Assembly: GCF_964204645.1 (NCBI RefSeq)
Contig: NC_134027.1
Coordinates: 25,878,560-25,942,559 of the forward strand
Source: Tubulanus polymorphus
Lineage: Eukaryota > Animalia > Nemertea
DNA length: 64,000 bases
Direction of reading: 5' to 3'
Shown: in pieces, positions 12,735 through 25,400 of the stretch
Layout: every line of letters starts with the position of its first letter
Position numbering within the stretch: the first letter of the stretch is position 1
The notes under the pieces: model-generated
The model's database searches: none
What the model was told of the DNA's origin: nothing
Seen by the model: only the letters and a program-made list of their open reading frames with translations
Program-made: the position numbers and the translations under genes

Positions 12735-13222
12735 TCTCTTTCTCTCACCGCTCTCTCTCTTTCTCACTGCTCTCTCCCTTCCTCTCCCTCTTCTTCTATC
12801 CCACCTCCCTTTCTCCCTCTCTATCTCCCTTTCTCTCCCCTCTCCCTTCCTCCCCTCGCCTACTATCCCATCTCCCTTTCTCCCTCCTCCCTATCCTCCT
12901 GCTTTCCTACTATCTCCCCTCCTTCAATCTCTCCCTCTCCTCTTTCACTCCCTCTCTCTATCTCTCCTTCTCTTACTTTATCTCACCTCCTCCCTCCTAT
13001 CGTACCATCCCCTCACCTTGCTCCTCTCTCTCTCTCCTCTTTCACTCCCTCTATCTATCTCTCACTCTCCCTCACTCGCACCCTTTATCTCTCTCTCCCT
13101 CTCTCTCCTCCCTTCCCCTCCCCTCCCCTCCCCCCTCCCTCACTGCTCTCCCCCCCTCTCTCACCCCTCCCCCTCTCTCGCCCCTCCCCCTCTCTCACTG
13201 CTCTCTCCCTCCGTCTCCCTTT
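12735..13222. repeat. Polypyrimidine/polypurine (CT-rich) low-complexity tract
   Basis: About 490 bp of almost only C/T on the + strand. The overlapping S/P/L-rich ORFs are compositional artefacts. Confidence 0.92.
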
Positions 13223-13634
13223 TTTAGACGCATTATCCCCCAGATGTATTCATAATTTAGAATCTCGAGATTAAGTCTCGACGTGTGTTCGATTTATCAG
13301 CGAGCGTAAAAACCACGAATATCCAATCACCCGATTCTGAGTTAGTTTATCATCACCGCAGGGTAGATATTCATTATTCACTGAAATATAAACAATCAGC
13401 TCTCATACTGTCTGAAATATTTCTGAGAAGTCATTTTCGTCGATTTATTCAAAGCGTCTGTGATGGAATCATCCTCTAGGCGATGCTGCCACCGCTTGGC
13501 GAACTTCAGAACTAACAAATGAAAGCTCATTCAATTTGAGGGGCGAAGTCATCGATCTTGGGGGTAATCGTCGTCGGGGTCTAGTTCGACTCACAGTAAT
13601 TCGTGACTTGAAAATTTGACTTGAAATAGAATTA

Positions 13635-13862
13635 TAGAATCCCACATTAAGAACAGAAAGAATCCGAAATGTGTCCTTGAGCCAGTAGGTCATTCGACGT
13701 TTCGACTTCATGAGAATTCCTACTGCCTATGTTCCGGGACGTCAAAATATAAAGTTGAAACGTCGTCGAATACAATATTAGCTCAGGGAAACATTTAGGA
13801 CGCTTTCTTTTCGTATCATGGGATCTTATATCATCTTTACAACACGGACTGAGTGTTTCATT
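13635..13862. mobile_element. Inverted pair of hammerhead family 2 fragments
   Basis: tccgaaatgtgtccttgagc...attcgacgtttcgac (minus) faces gttgaaacgtcgtcgaata...tagctcagggaaacatttaggac...caacacggact (plus), matching 52140-52250. Confidence 0.6.
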
Positions 13863-14829
13863 AATGGTTACAGTTAGATTTCTGGAAATTAACTGATTTT
13901 AACTGTTGTCACTCATTTGTAGTAACTATTTACTTCACGAAGGGTGAATGGAACTGGATTCATCATTAAAAACCGTTCAGTTGACCCCGGTGTATCAGTT
14001 AAATCATAAGGAACATTTCGGAGGCCGAACACGAAGCAAAGTTATAGAAAGCACTGCTGTTTGTAATGTTCACAGTTCTTTTTATTCTATTTTTGAGACG
14101 GTTGCGACATCATCGCCTTTTAACAAGAGTGGGACACAAGATGTGTGCAATTATCGACGAAGCGATCTCAGAAGCACGACGCATAATTACGACACAAATT
14201 ACAAACAATTTACACGCACCGTCGAGCCTGATTTAATTGAAATTGTGACAATTAAAGCGTGCAAACGGCACCCATTAACCCCGGGGTCACTACGGTTTCA
14301 CAAACACACAGCTGTAAAGCTACAATTTTCTATGATTATGAAGACGTCGGTTTTTGAAGTAGCGAAAAAGTCAACATTGAAACTAGGTAATTAAACAAGC
14401 GACAAGTCTCCAACATCAAACGATATTTGATGAAGAAATAATTGAGCAACTTAATCATAGTGCGAGTTGCTGCTGCTGCTGTCGTCGCCATTCGTAATAA
14501 TTCAAACATGTTCGAATTTCATAATAAAAGTTTCGCGCGCACTGAATCAAAACGTATAAAGTCGTTATCAAGCGCCAAGTGTTTCTTAAACACTGTATAT
14601 TACTAGTAAGGTCTGCTAGAAATAAACAATAAGAATTGAAAAAACCCAATACTGTTGAAAAAAATATAAGAGTAAGTGACGACTCGATTTATATGAGCTA
14701 TTTTCAGTTATTTCCTATGAAAAGAGTTCATAGTCGAGAGGTTTCGCTGTTCTCTTAGTTTTCCATTATTGTGGGTTATCTTCATTTTAATTATAGTCAG
14801 TCACTACTCCACGTGCATTGTCCCTCCAT

Positions 14830-15010
14830 TGGCATCGCTTGACTCGGGCGGTAGTCACTCACGATGCCATCGGGTTCGAATCCTTGCCGAGGATGGAAGG
14901 ACATTATGGGTGTACTTATAAGTACTTTATGATAACGGCCTGCATTGGATCATGGACTTTTAAAACGAAGAAAGACTCAATGATTTGATAAAGCGGGCGT
15001 TTAGTCCAAT
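14830..15010 (+). mobile_element. Degenerate tRNA-derived SINE-like element
   Basis: B-box gggttcgaatcc at about 14872. The head cgatgccatcgggttcgaatccttgcc is shared with 32483-32509. Confidence 0.5.
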
Positions 15011-15074
15011 AGGGGTCGTGACTCGCGCAGTCATGACTTAGATTAGAGAACTATTTACGAATATGTTAATTCCA

Positions 15075-15186
15075 TAGCCATGTTAAGACTTAAGACCAAG
15101 TCGAACACCATCTTAGTTCTATAGCCAATCTTACAACTAAAATCATGAGATTTAACTTTTGCAGTCTCAACTACGCAACCGGGCCC
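15075..15186 (+). mobile_element. MITE family A, degenerate copy
   Basis: agacttaagacc...catcttagttctatagccaatc...gcaaccgggccc followed by tg. Confidence 0.65.
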
Positions 15187-15707
15187 TGAGGTATATGTTC
15201 GAGTATATATACAGAGGTGTTGTAAGTTAAGAGAGTTCAATTACACGTATTAACACCTGATCGCTGATGTTTCTCTCGTCGTCAGTACATTAAAACCGGT
15301 GACACAAAGAGGCACCAAAATGAGCGTAAGTTCTTTACGCATGAAACGCGCAGCTCGGGGCGAGCTTTTAATGGCTAATTGCTAATTCCAGGGTGATTAG
15401 CGGCGGGTTAACCTTCGGTCTGATGTGCATTAATTACCCCCATTCGTCGTAGTTTCGCTCTTATTTAATTACCGGTGCGCGCGCGCGTTTCCAGGTGATT
15501 TTTTCTCGTAGTTTGAGACTCCATTAAAATATCACGACTTTCTCGACGTTATTGTCGAGTCGGGATTTAATTGCGAGTGAAAACGTCGCGTCGATATCGA
15601 CAATGAAAATGACCTGGATTCAGTTTCTAGTTGTGAGTTTCAGTTTTCGATGAGTTATCTCAAATCTAAGTTAAGTCAATTCTAAGCTCCAGTTCTACAG
15701 TATTCCA

Positions 15708-16122
15708 GGGGCCAGTTCCATATCCTCGGATTAGGCTTGAGACCTGTCTAAAGAACATCTTAGCTCTACATGTATTATTAATCAAATCACTCTGTTCATG
15801 AGTCAAATCCTAACCCCGAAAATGGGGAAGTGGATCCGGGATTCAGGGATCAGTTCCAGTCATGGCTTTGACTTAAAACCAGTCCTATAAGTTCGTTTTA
15901 GTTCTATGGCGAGTCTAAAAGACCAGTCTAAGCTCATTTTGGTCCCATAGCCAATCTAAGAACTTAAGATCAGTCTACGCTCATTTTAGTTCTATAGCCA
16001 ATCTAACAACTTAACAACTTGAGACCAGTCTAAGCTTATTTTGATTCTATATATGATCTTTAAGACCAGTCTTAAGATTTAAGACTGCTTTTGGATGTTA
16101 AGTCTCGATTTTGGAACGACCC
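15708..16122 (+). mobile_element. Two adjacent MITE family A copies, the second with several internal 47 bp units
   Basis: ggggccagttcca at 15708 and cagggatcagttcca at about 15845; repeated aagaccagtctaagctcattttggt...tagccaatcta units. Confidence 0.7.
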
Positions 16123-17482
16123 TTAACAGTACAAAATCAAAAACGAGGACGGCACGCTTTAACACGAGAATGTAACATCATCCGAATTTCTATCGATTGA
16201 CGATGCATTTCATGTCAGAAAAAAATGTAAATCTCGACGCAAGAAAATCTCAGTCGCTTATCAGCCAGCCACGACTCATTACTGGTCAAGACTTAGTAAC
16301 CATTGACAGTGAATCGTTTGTGAAATCCCCGAGCAATCATCAAATACCAGGAGGAGAGACGGCAATCTTCGTGAATACGGGCGCTTAAATACATTCACAC
16401 AGCTAGAAATCTAATCACACACCGTTCCATGTATTCACCAAAATCACCGCGCAATTAAACGACTGAATTGCCATTTACGCCTTCAAAAAAGATTCGCGCA
16501 AAACCCGTCAAGACAATTAATTATTTATGCAAATCAGGCAATCATTATTCATAGATTACCAGCCATATTTGGATCGCGTCTACGAAGGTCAAGCAGTTTG
16601 GCAGCTAGGCAACGGTAGTCGTACTTCTAGCTATATGAAATTTTTTCTTTAGCGACGTCAAGTTTTCTCTAAATGTTGAGAGAGATCTGAGGAGAAAATT
16701 CGGAATTTCGCAATTAACACACGGCGCGTGGCGCATACAGATATGAAATGAACTGCGACGAATATTTCGGCGCGACAGTTTTTAATGAATATTTATCGCT
16801 AGAAAGTTAAATTAGGATTAATGCGTAACAGACCAGTTTTCGCTTTCTGTAACGTTCATTTTCTACGTCACGGTTTGAGTCGTTTAATGCGACTGCGCAT
16901 AATTGCTGTTTAAAATTCTGTCCGCAACAAATGTTCAAACATGATCGTATCTGATTAGTGTGATGGATGACCGTGTACGCGCAAAATTAAAAACGTTACC
17001 GCCGTTTTTGCAGACGGAACGTGATTTTGTTATCTGTTCGCGCCAAATGAAGTCTTGATTCCATCGAAAAATCGAAAATTCAATTACATACAGTGTTTAG
17101 TGACCACCTACCAGATCCATGACTTGGATTCTCGATATTAGGCCAACGATTCATTCGAGAGAAATGTTTCTCAGCTCAATTCGTAATTCGGGCGATGATT
17201 TCCCCCAAGGGATATTCAGTATTTGTCATAGTATCCACGCGGAGAAGTTGACCCCCCTCGAAGAGCTGCCGGCGTTTCGTCAGACTGCTGGAGTTTCTTT
17301 TTTTGCTATGAAACGAAACACTGAATTTTCAATGCCTTATTCATCCGCAGACGATTCGTTATCGATGGTTCAAGACGTGAAGACGAGAATTTCAATTGAG
17401 ATAAAACCAGACACCGAAAAAAACACCGGCAAGTCCACAAAGGCCATATCACACAGTACGACTAGAAGTTCATTAGATTCAG

Positions 17483-18845
17483 GGGACAGGTTGCACCAGA
17501 CACTGCTTAGATTTAAGACCAGTCTAGATCCGTAGCCATGTAACAACTTAAGACCAGTCTAAGATCATCTTAGTTCTATAGCCAATCTAACAACTGAAGA
17601 CCAGTCTAAGATCATCTTAGTTCTATAACCAATCTAACAACTAAGACCAGTCTAAGCTGATTTTGGTTCTATAGCCAATCTAACAACTTAAGACCAGTCC
17701 AAGATCATCTTAGTTCTATAGCCAATCTAACAACTGAAGACCAGTCTAAGATCATCTTAGTTCTATAGCCAATCTAACAACTGAAGACCAGTCTAAGATC
17801 ATCTTAGTTCTATAGCCAATCTAACAACTGAAGACCAGTCTAAGATCATCTTAGTTCTATAGCCAATCTAACAACTGAAGACCAGTCTAAGATCATCTTA
17901 GTTCTATAGCCAATCTAACAACTTAAGACCAGTCTAAGATCATCTTAGTTCTATAGCCAATCTAACAACTGAAGACCAGTCTAAGATCATCTTAGTTCTA
18001 TAGCCAATCTAACAACTGAAGACCAGTCTAAGATCATCTTAGTTCTATAGCCAATCTAACAACTGAAAACCAGTCTAAGATCATCTTAGTTCTATAGCCA
18101 ATCTAACAACTGAAGACCAGTCTAAGATCATCTTAGTTCTATAGCCAATCTAACAACTTAAGACCAGTCTAAGATCATCTTAGTTCTATAGCCAATCTAA
18201 CAACTGAAGACCAGTCTAAGATCATCTTAGTTCTATAGCCAATCTAACAACTGAAGACCAGTCTAAGATCATCTTAGTTCTATAGCCAATCTAACAACTA
18301 AGACCAGTCTAAGCTGATTTTGGTTCTATAGCCAATCTAACAACTTTAGACCAGTCTAAGCTGATTTTGGTTCTATAACCAATCTAACATCTTAAGACCA
18401 GTCTAAGCTGATTTTGGTTCTATAGCCAATCTAACAACTTAAGACCAGTCCAAGATCATCTTAGTTCTATAGCCAATCTAACAACTGAAGACCAGTCTAA
18501 GATCATCTTAGTTCTATAGCCAATCTAACAACTTAAGACCAGTCTAAGATCATCTTAGTTCTATAGCCAATCTAACAACTGAAGACCAGTCTAAGATCAT
18601 CTTAGTTCTATAGCCAATCTAACAACTTAAGACCAGTCTAAGCTGATTTTGGTTCTACAGCCAATTCAATATTCAAACTTTATTTTTCCGTAATGTAACA
18701 AGACATCATTGGAAAGACATAAAATAAGAAATACAATAAACCAAAAGACAAACATACAAAGTATACATGTAATAATATAGCCAATCCAACAACTTAAGAC
18801 CAGTATTTAAGCTCATTTTGGTTCCGTGAACAATCTAACAACTTG
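17483..18845 (+). repeat. 47 bp tandem array (~24-25 units) expanded inside a family A MITE
   Basis: Unit aagaccagtctaagatcatcttagttctatagccaatctaacaact(g/t). It is preceded by the degenerate 5' TIR [cag]gggacaggttgca and interrupted at 18666-18775. Confidence 0.95.
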
Positions 18846-19819
18846 AGAGTATTTCACACCTCTGACTGAGGTTCGGTGTAATAGTGGGTGACATGCTAAG
18901 CGAGAAAATGACAACCATTCAGAAAATCTCGAAATTGATTGCGTTTTAACAAGGAATTAATGAAATGGAAGTGTTAAGGTCCACTGCCCTGGTAAACAGA
19001 TGCACCTAGTTACAACGACCGTATCAAAAACCTAAGTCATTTCACAAAATTCTGATGTTTATCCCAAACATCAAGTCGTGTTTTCTATTCAGTTTTCTGT
19101 TGCAGTTTCCTTGTTTCACACATGGCCAGTAATAAAAAGCGTCGCGATATGAACAACCACGACTCGGAAATATATTTCATCTAGTATCAAAACAGAAAAT
19201 ATCAGAATTTTCCGTTAAAGTTTGATACACACGGACGCCCGTCAATACTGCTCATATCTCCAACTAATTGTATCTTATCTGATCATTTTTATTCGTAAGG
19301 TTTGTCCTGTACGTGTGATTTGTTGACCTGTCAGACGCTTGATGATGGATTACATCCCGGCAGTCAGTCGGGGATGCTGCATGCGAGCTCTGCAACCGTG
19401 ACTGAAAACACTGATGCGATTGATACACATGGTCAGTTAGATATATTACGGATCTCGCTCGTCGCAATTAACAATAAGATAAGGTTATAGTGAGAACTAT
19501 CTCATCACTGTTCGGTCGATGCTGCTCTAGTTGAAGGTCTGTGAGTAGGTTGGAAATGTCGACCAAAAACAGGGTTGACGATATATCAAAAGTTACCTAT
19601 CATATCTTAACCTAATCCGAACTCAAACCCTACATGGTTTTCAAGTCAGTTTTCATCCTAAAAAAAACCCAACATCACCACTCCTTGATCTAGCCCAGGG
19701 ATCGTTTGAAGATCGGGACCTTTTTAAAACATAGCCGCCAATTTTCAGCAGGATGACATTGCATGGATATTTTCATATACATTCTATTCTATGATCTGAT
19801 GTTTAATTTCCTGACTTCA

Positions 19820-20103
19820 TTGACCGTTTATTCTCCGAGTTCAATATTACTCACATGCCACAGTAAGAATATCGATTTGTGCGATGTCTTAACCGTCAAG
19901 TGCTGCCCCTATACATATCGTTGATATAGTGACGGTGAATATGAGAACTAACTTATCACTCGCATGCCACTATAGGAATAATGCGCAGTTGAGTTAGTTC
20001 ACGTTCTGGCCGCTTACGATATTCAAAGGGGCAGCACTCGACGGTAACGATCTCACTAGTCATATTGGCCGTTAATAACTGAGACTGGCTTGACGGTCAA
20101 AAT
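19820..20103. mobile_element. Fold-back MITE with TIR accgtcaagtgctgcccct
   Basis: accgtcaagtgctgcccct (~19892) and aggggcagcactcgacggt (~20027). A related copy lies at 23757-23950. Confidence 0.7.
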
Positions 20104-20866
20104 GACGAGTTATGACGCGCATAATCTCAAAGGCCATCTCCTTTTATTGGTACAGCTTTAAGATGTCCTATAAATCATGTTGGACAGGTGTTAGAAAATA
20201 AGCAGTTATATATATCTTACACATATATATTGATAAATAAATGATTATCAATTACTATTTTTAGGCCTAAAGCTACAGATATAATGAATATTAGGACGGG
20301 AAGGTTAGAACTAGTGACCAGCGAGGAAGATGTGCCTTGATTAATGATACTGCGGACATTCTTATCGAGATCTTCTACAGCGAGAAACCTCAGTCCTTTT
20401 CACCAGTGGATCCAGCTGTAACCTAACTGATAAGCGAGAACAATTCACCATCATCAATCCCATCACTAGGTAACACAGGTCATTAACTATACACACAAAC
20501 GTGGCTGACAAAAACCTTAAAAAACTTCTCCGTCAGAACTGTCACATAACAGAAATAGACTGAGCTTATACAGCCGTATCGATCATTCTGGCTGAGACTT
20601 GGGTTAATTTCGGTAATTATCTGACCGTCGATGGTTGAATTAGTTGCTTCACAGTTGGCCAATGACTGATCGTGGTCATTAGCTACACGGTGATGACCAT
20701 ATTATATCCTATTAGCTAATTTGTTCAATGAAACGTGTACGGCAGAATCTACACCAGGTTTCCTAATACTCTAGTGTTTTATATTGACGCGCGACTTTCC
20801 TGCAAACTTTTATCCTGTAGTTCATGATCCCAGCGCAGAAATTGACAAGGGCCACAGACTTTATGA

Positions 20867-21251
20867 CAGTAAACCCCCTATATTCGGTCCCCTAATAAAC
20901 ACAGTCAACCCCCTATATTTTGCCCCCTAATAAACCACAGTCAACCCCCTATATTCTGCCCCCTAATAAACCACAATCAAACCCCTATATTCTGCCCCCT
21001 AATAAACCACAGTCAACCCCCTATATTCTGCCCCCTAATAAACCACAGTCAACCCCTATATTCTGCCCCCCCTTAAACCACAGTCAACCCCCTATATTCT
21101 GCCCCCTAATAAACCGCCTAACGCTAGGTTTTGTTTTTGTCAGTGAATTTCATCTCGGAATTTGTCAAAATCAACCCCGGATCTACCGCCACACTCTATA
21201 TAAAACCAACACCGAAAATCACTTGGACAGTATATCGGGGTTGGTTGACTG
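20867..21251. mobile_element. Tc1/mariner-like MITE whose left end is amplified as a 36 bp tandem repeat (~7 copies)
   Basis: Unit cagtcaaccccctatattctgccccctaataaacca. The right end ggttgactg+ta is the reverse complement of the unit start. Confidence 0.75.
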
Positions 21252-21747
21252 TAGATTTGTTAAAGAAATGAAGGTATTTCTAGAGATTTAAGCTGAAATT
21301 CTTTGTTTCTTACTTTCCGTATATTTCGGTTCGTACAACGTTTGATAGGTCGCGCCTCTGTTCCGAGACTCGCAGGTCGCGATGATCGTATTGGGACCCA
21401 TTGATATCAGTTTCTTGGTAAGACGACATACATATCAATCAATCTAGGAAAATACAAACGAGATGAGGGTGACATCAGTATCGGCTAAATCACGAATGAA
21501 CTCAGAGTACAGGGTCCAGATCCAGATATCAAAGTTAACTCGTTGGGTTAAAATCAGATGATTTCCAGGACCCTGTTCCACAGTTCTGAGTTCAGATTTG
21601 ACACAGAGTTAATCAGTGAAAATGAACTGATTCTATCTTAAAGAGTGGACTCTAACTCGTGAAACTGGGTACACGTATAACTAACTCTGCTTGGAATTGG
21701 CATTTTATACTTGATCCAGTACTGCCTACATCATCTTGTGCATACTA

Positions 21748-21823
21748 AGTGTACCCTCGTTACAACAAACTTCAGGAGACCAGAAAATCGGTTCGTTATA
21801 ACGGTCGTTGTAACGAGGTTTCA
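21748..21823. mobile_element. Small fold-back MITE remnant
   Basis: cctcgttacaac / gttgtaacgagg inverted pair; a similar end lies at about 11245-11261. Confidence 0.5.
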
Positions 21824-22313
21824 TACTTATTTTGAAAAATCTGGAGTTTCCGTTCAGATTTTTTTTGTACCCTGAGCTCAAAAATATAGTAGAATTTATG
21901 GAGCAATAAATTTCGATTCGAACGTGAATCTGATGGACTGTACACATGACCACATGATTAACAATGCGAGCTGATGATCATGTTGCTCTATATAAACACG
22001 TACCGGACAGTAATTACCCGGTGACCACGAAGCTTATCTCGTCTACGAGATTGCATTTTTAACGGCCCCGCAGAATTAATTGCTTTCGTGGGTAATCAGC
22101 CTAAACTACAACCCCCCCCCCTCTCCTGCAATCAACGACGTGTCTCAAGCAGTAATTAGTTGTTAGCGATTTGTTTAAGGATGCATTTCTGATTAGGTTT
22201 CGCACACGCCCGAACGACGAACAAAAGATTTACGTTTCACCTAGAAACTGAAAATCATCCCGACATAAAAATTCAAATGGCCGTATCGCAGTGTACATCA
22301 CCCCCACTCCCCG

Positions 22314-22458
22314 GGGCCGGTTCCATCATCATGGCTTAGACTTACGACCAGTCTAAGGCTATCTTAGTTTTTATAGCTAATCGAACAGCTTAAGACCAGC
22401 CTTAAGATTTAAGACAACTTTTGGACTTAAATCTCGACCTTAAGTCTGGAACCGGCCC
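22314..22458 (+). mobile_element. MITE family A copy
   Basis: gggccggttcca...tggaaccggccc[ctg]; one internal unit. Confidence 0.85.
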
Positions 22459-25400
22459 CTGGGTATCCAGGTTAGACAGCCTTAGATCGAGCGCAAAAAT
22501 AGAAAGTATAAAAAAGACTCCTAGAAATCTAAGATAACATGCCTGTTCTGGTTGAACAAAAGAGTTAGTGATATTTCCAATATTCCGTTGGGTGATGGGG
22601 CTTATGATATACATGCCCAATTTTGGGGGTGCAACCTTCCCTAATTCAGGCCCTGGATTCACCCCTGCCAGACCAGTTTCCATTGTTAGCCGACGCGTTT
22701 TCTGGATAACACTAATTTTCGGTCGATTGGAAGCGAAATGAAGGTGAAGAACACGCAGTTCGGATTGCCGCCGGATTTCGCCTTTCAAATCGATGATTGT
22801 GATGCGCTCTCGAGACAGTAATTCCCAGCGCAACCTTTCAGATTGACATCTAGCTTCAATTGCATTCTTCGTTTGCTTTGAGACTAATTAGTTTTTTCTG
22901 TACGGCGAAGATCGGTTTTAGACGCCGCTAATTGAAGAAGAGTATTAGGTTTTTCAGTAGTCTATACCAATCACCCCTCGCGCTACTTACAACATCTGTG
23001 CGCGTCGGTTTCAAAGAGGCGAAATATTTGCGAGGTTTCCGTGTTCGTCTTTTTACCGGGTTAAACGACGTTTAAATTTGATATCGTGTCCTCATTTATT
23101 TCTCGTCGCATAACATCAATAGCTCGTTAATAAATAATAGACCAACAGTTTGAAACTGTATAAACAGAAGACGAATGATAGACTGTAAAAACCATCAAAT
23201 AAAAGGCACATTTCGATACTTTGTTTTACGTCTTCTGGCAATCGGCAGTTCTGAGTGACTAATCAGTCACTGAATCGTAAAAAAACATCTAAACACTTTT
23301 TTCGTCTCAGCTTCCAGAATTTGCCTCTTTTCCTTAGTCATTAAAGTTGCAATAATCATCGGCTCGTCACTGCGAGCTGTTTATAGAGCACAGTAGCTAC
23401 TGCGCGTATGTTATAGATCTGTAGGCTAATTGACACGCTGATCAAAGCGCCGAGATGACCGGACCGAGTACACACACGCATCACTAGTTTGAAAAAAGAA
23501 GCCTGCTTTCTCGCCTTGAGCAATAAATGCGAAACATATTAATGACAATCGATCATTCGTTTCGTATCCGGACGTTATTTTCAGCCTTCGTTTCCGCAGT
23601 TTTGCCTGTCGGACATTATAAACCCAGCTCCAACCCGACGCGCTGCGCAAACAACAGTATCACCAGTTTTTACGCACATCTGTGAACCGATGTTGTTTAA
23701 TTTCCTGGTTTCAGTTAGTCTTCAGGCGCCATGGTTGAAATAGTTCGTGCAAAAATCATTGACCGTTCATTGTCTTATAGTTCAATATAACTCGCATGCC
23801 GTCAGTATCATTTTATTTTTGTAGTGTGGAATCTAATTTTTTTTTTAGTGTGGAATTTCCATCGTTTTGTTAGGTAAATAAAGCAATCGATTTAGTTCAC
23901 ATGTTCGCCGCTAATGATATACATAGGGGCAGCACTTGACGATCAAAATCTGAAACCACCCACGGCGGGCCGGACTCCACTGCTGATGTCCGGTAATTAT
24001 CTTACGTGATGTCACAGCACGTCATCTTTGCCGTTGAATGCAAACGGCTCGACAAACAATACGGTTTCGATTGCTCATAGGACGTTTGTGAAATAGCCCA
24101 ATTCTGATCATTCATAGAATTCGAAGAACTAGGAACGCCATACCAATAGTGCAATTCAGCTGCTAGGGCAATCGAGGATTCCACTTATGGTAGGCGAGGA
24201 TCCGCTAAGTGTCGCTATAGTCGACTTCTGCGATCGATTTCTTCTACATTTCAATCAAAACTGAAAGGACTTAGTCTTGAATAAATTAATTATCTATGAA
24301 AACTATACCGAACTATATCGAATAATATCAACAATAGATGATCGCTAGCGGTACCTAGCGGATTTTTGAGCACTCGACGTTGTATAATCATGCAGGCTGT
24401 GAATCCTCCGCGATAGAAACAAATAGACATCGCCTTGACCCGAAACCGTAAAACGCGACAATTTACTGTTCATTGGTCCCTATAAATCTATCGAGTAATC
24501 TCGTGATTGGTAGAAGATCTGGTGGAGTGGTAAAAGTGCTCTATCAACGATTATCGCTATATCTACGCTCTTTGTACACATTCGTAGCAAATTCATAGCA
24601 AAACAACGAAACTGTCTTTTTGCAAAAGAAACTAACTTGAAAGTTTATCGACGCCTTGGAAAATAATACCAAAACAAACCAATGTAAAATCGTCAGTATT
24701 CCCCTGTGTATTAATCTACTACATCAGTTCACATAGTCGATTACCAGTCTTCGAATTAAACCCTTGAAGACTAATAACTTTTTAAGAATATTAAGTATCA
24801 GTAAGCTCGAGTGTGCGGAGATAATGAACTATACTGCTGGTGATGTATAGTTGATTTGTGAAATGTCTCCGGAGTCATGATAGCGGGAATTGATTTCGTG
24901 AATATAAATGGGGGGCTATAAATCGCGTGTATTTACCAGACTGAGGATACTCTCTGTATGTAGATGTATAGATAGACGCCACTGTCTGTGTGTATCCGAT
25001 TTGTAACTGGGACCGCTGTGATGAAAGATACGGGAACAGCAGACGACATGTCACAAAGGTATGTACCTTTTTTTCCCTCATCATAACTTACTATCGTCAT
25101 ACATTATATCAGATTTATAACTATGCGTGATGCTTCGAGCCAATGACGTCACAGTTCGGTTAATCGAGCGCCATCTACCGGTGATTCAAGCCTGAAATAT
25201 AGCCTTCTTTTTTCTTCCCGAACTATCTCGACGATCTTACCACCGAAAATATATCTTTAATTCTTCTCTTGATTTGTTGTTCGCAACGAATTGAGTTGGT
25301 GTTAGTTGTGAAGCTATGTACACCCGGTGATGTTTACAGGTCGTTAATCTTACAGAGCACTGATATAGAAGAGCTCCATCCAGACTAATAGCAGTACAGG

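Noticed and set aside
12722-13255. 177 aa S/P/L-rich ORF
   Set aside because: Product of the CT low-complexity tract.
20920-21291. Proline-rich repeat protein ORF
   Set aside because: Translation of a 36 bp transposon-end repeat; TTG start and the repeat frame shifts midway.
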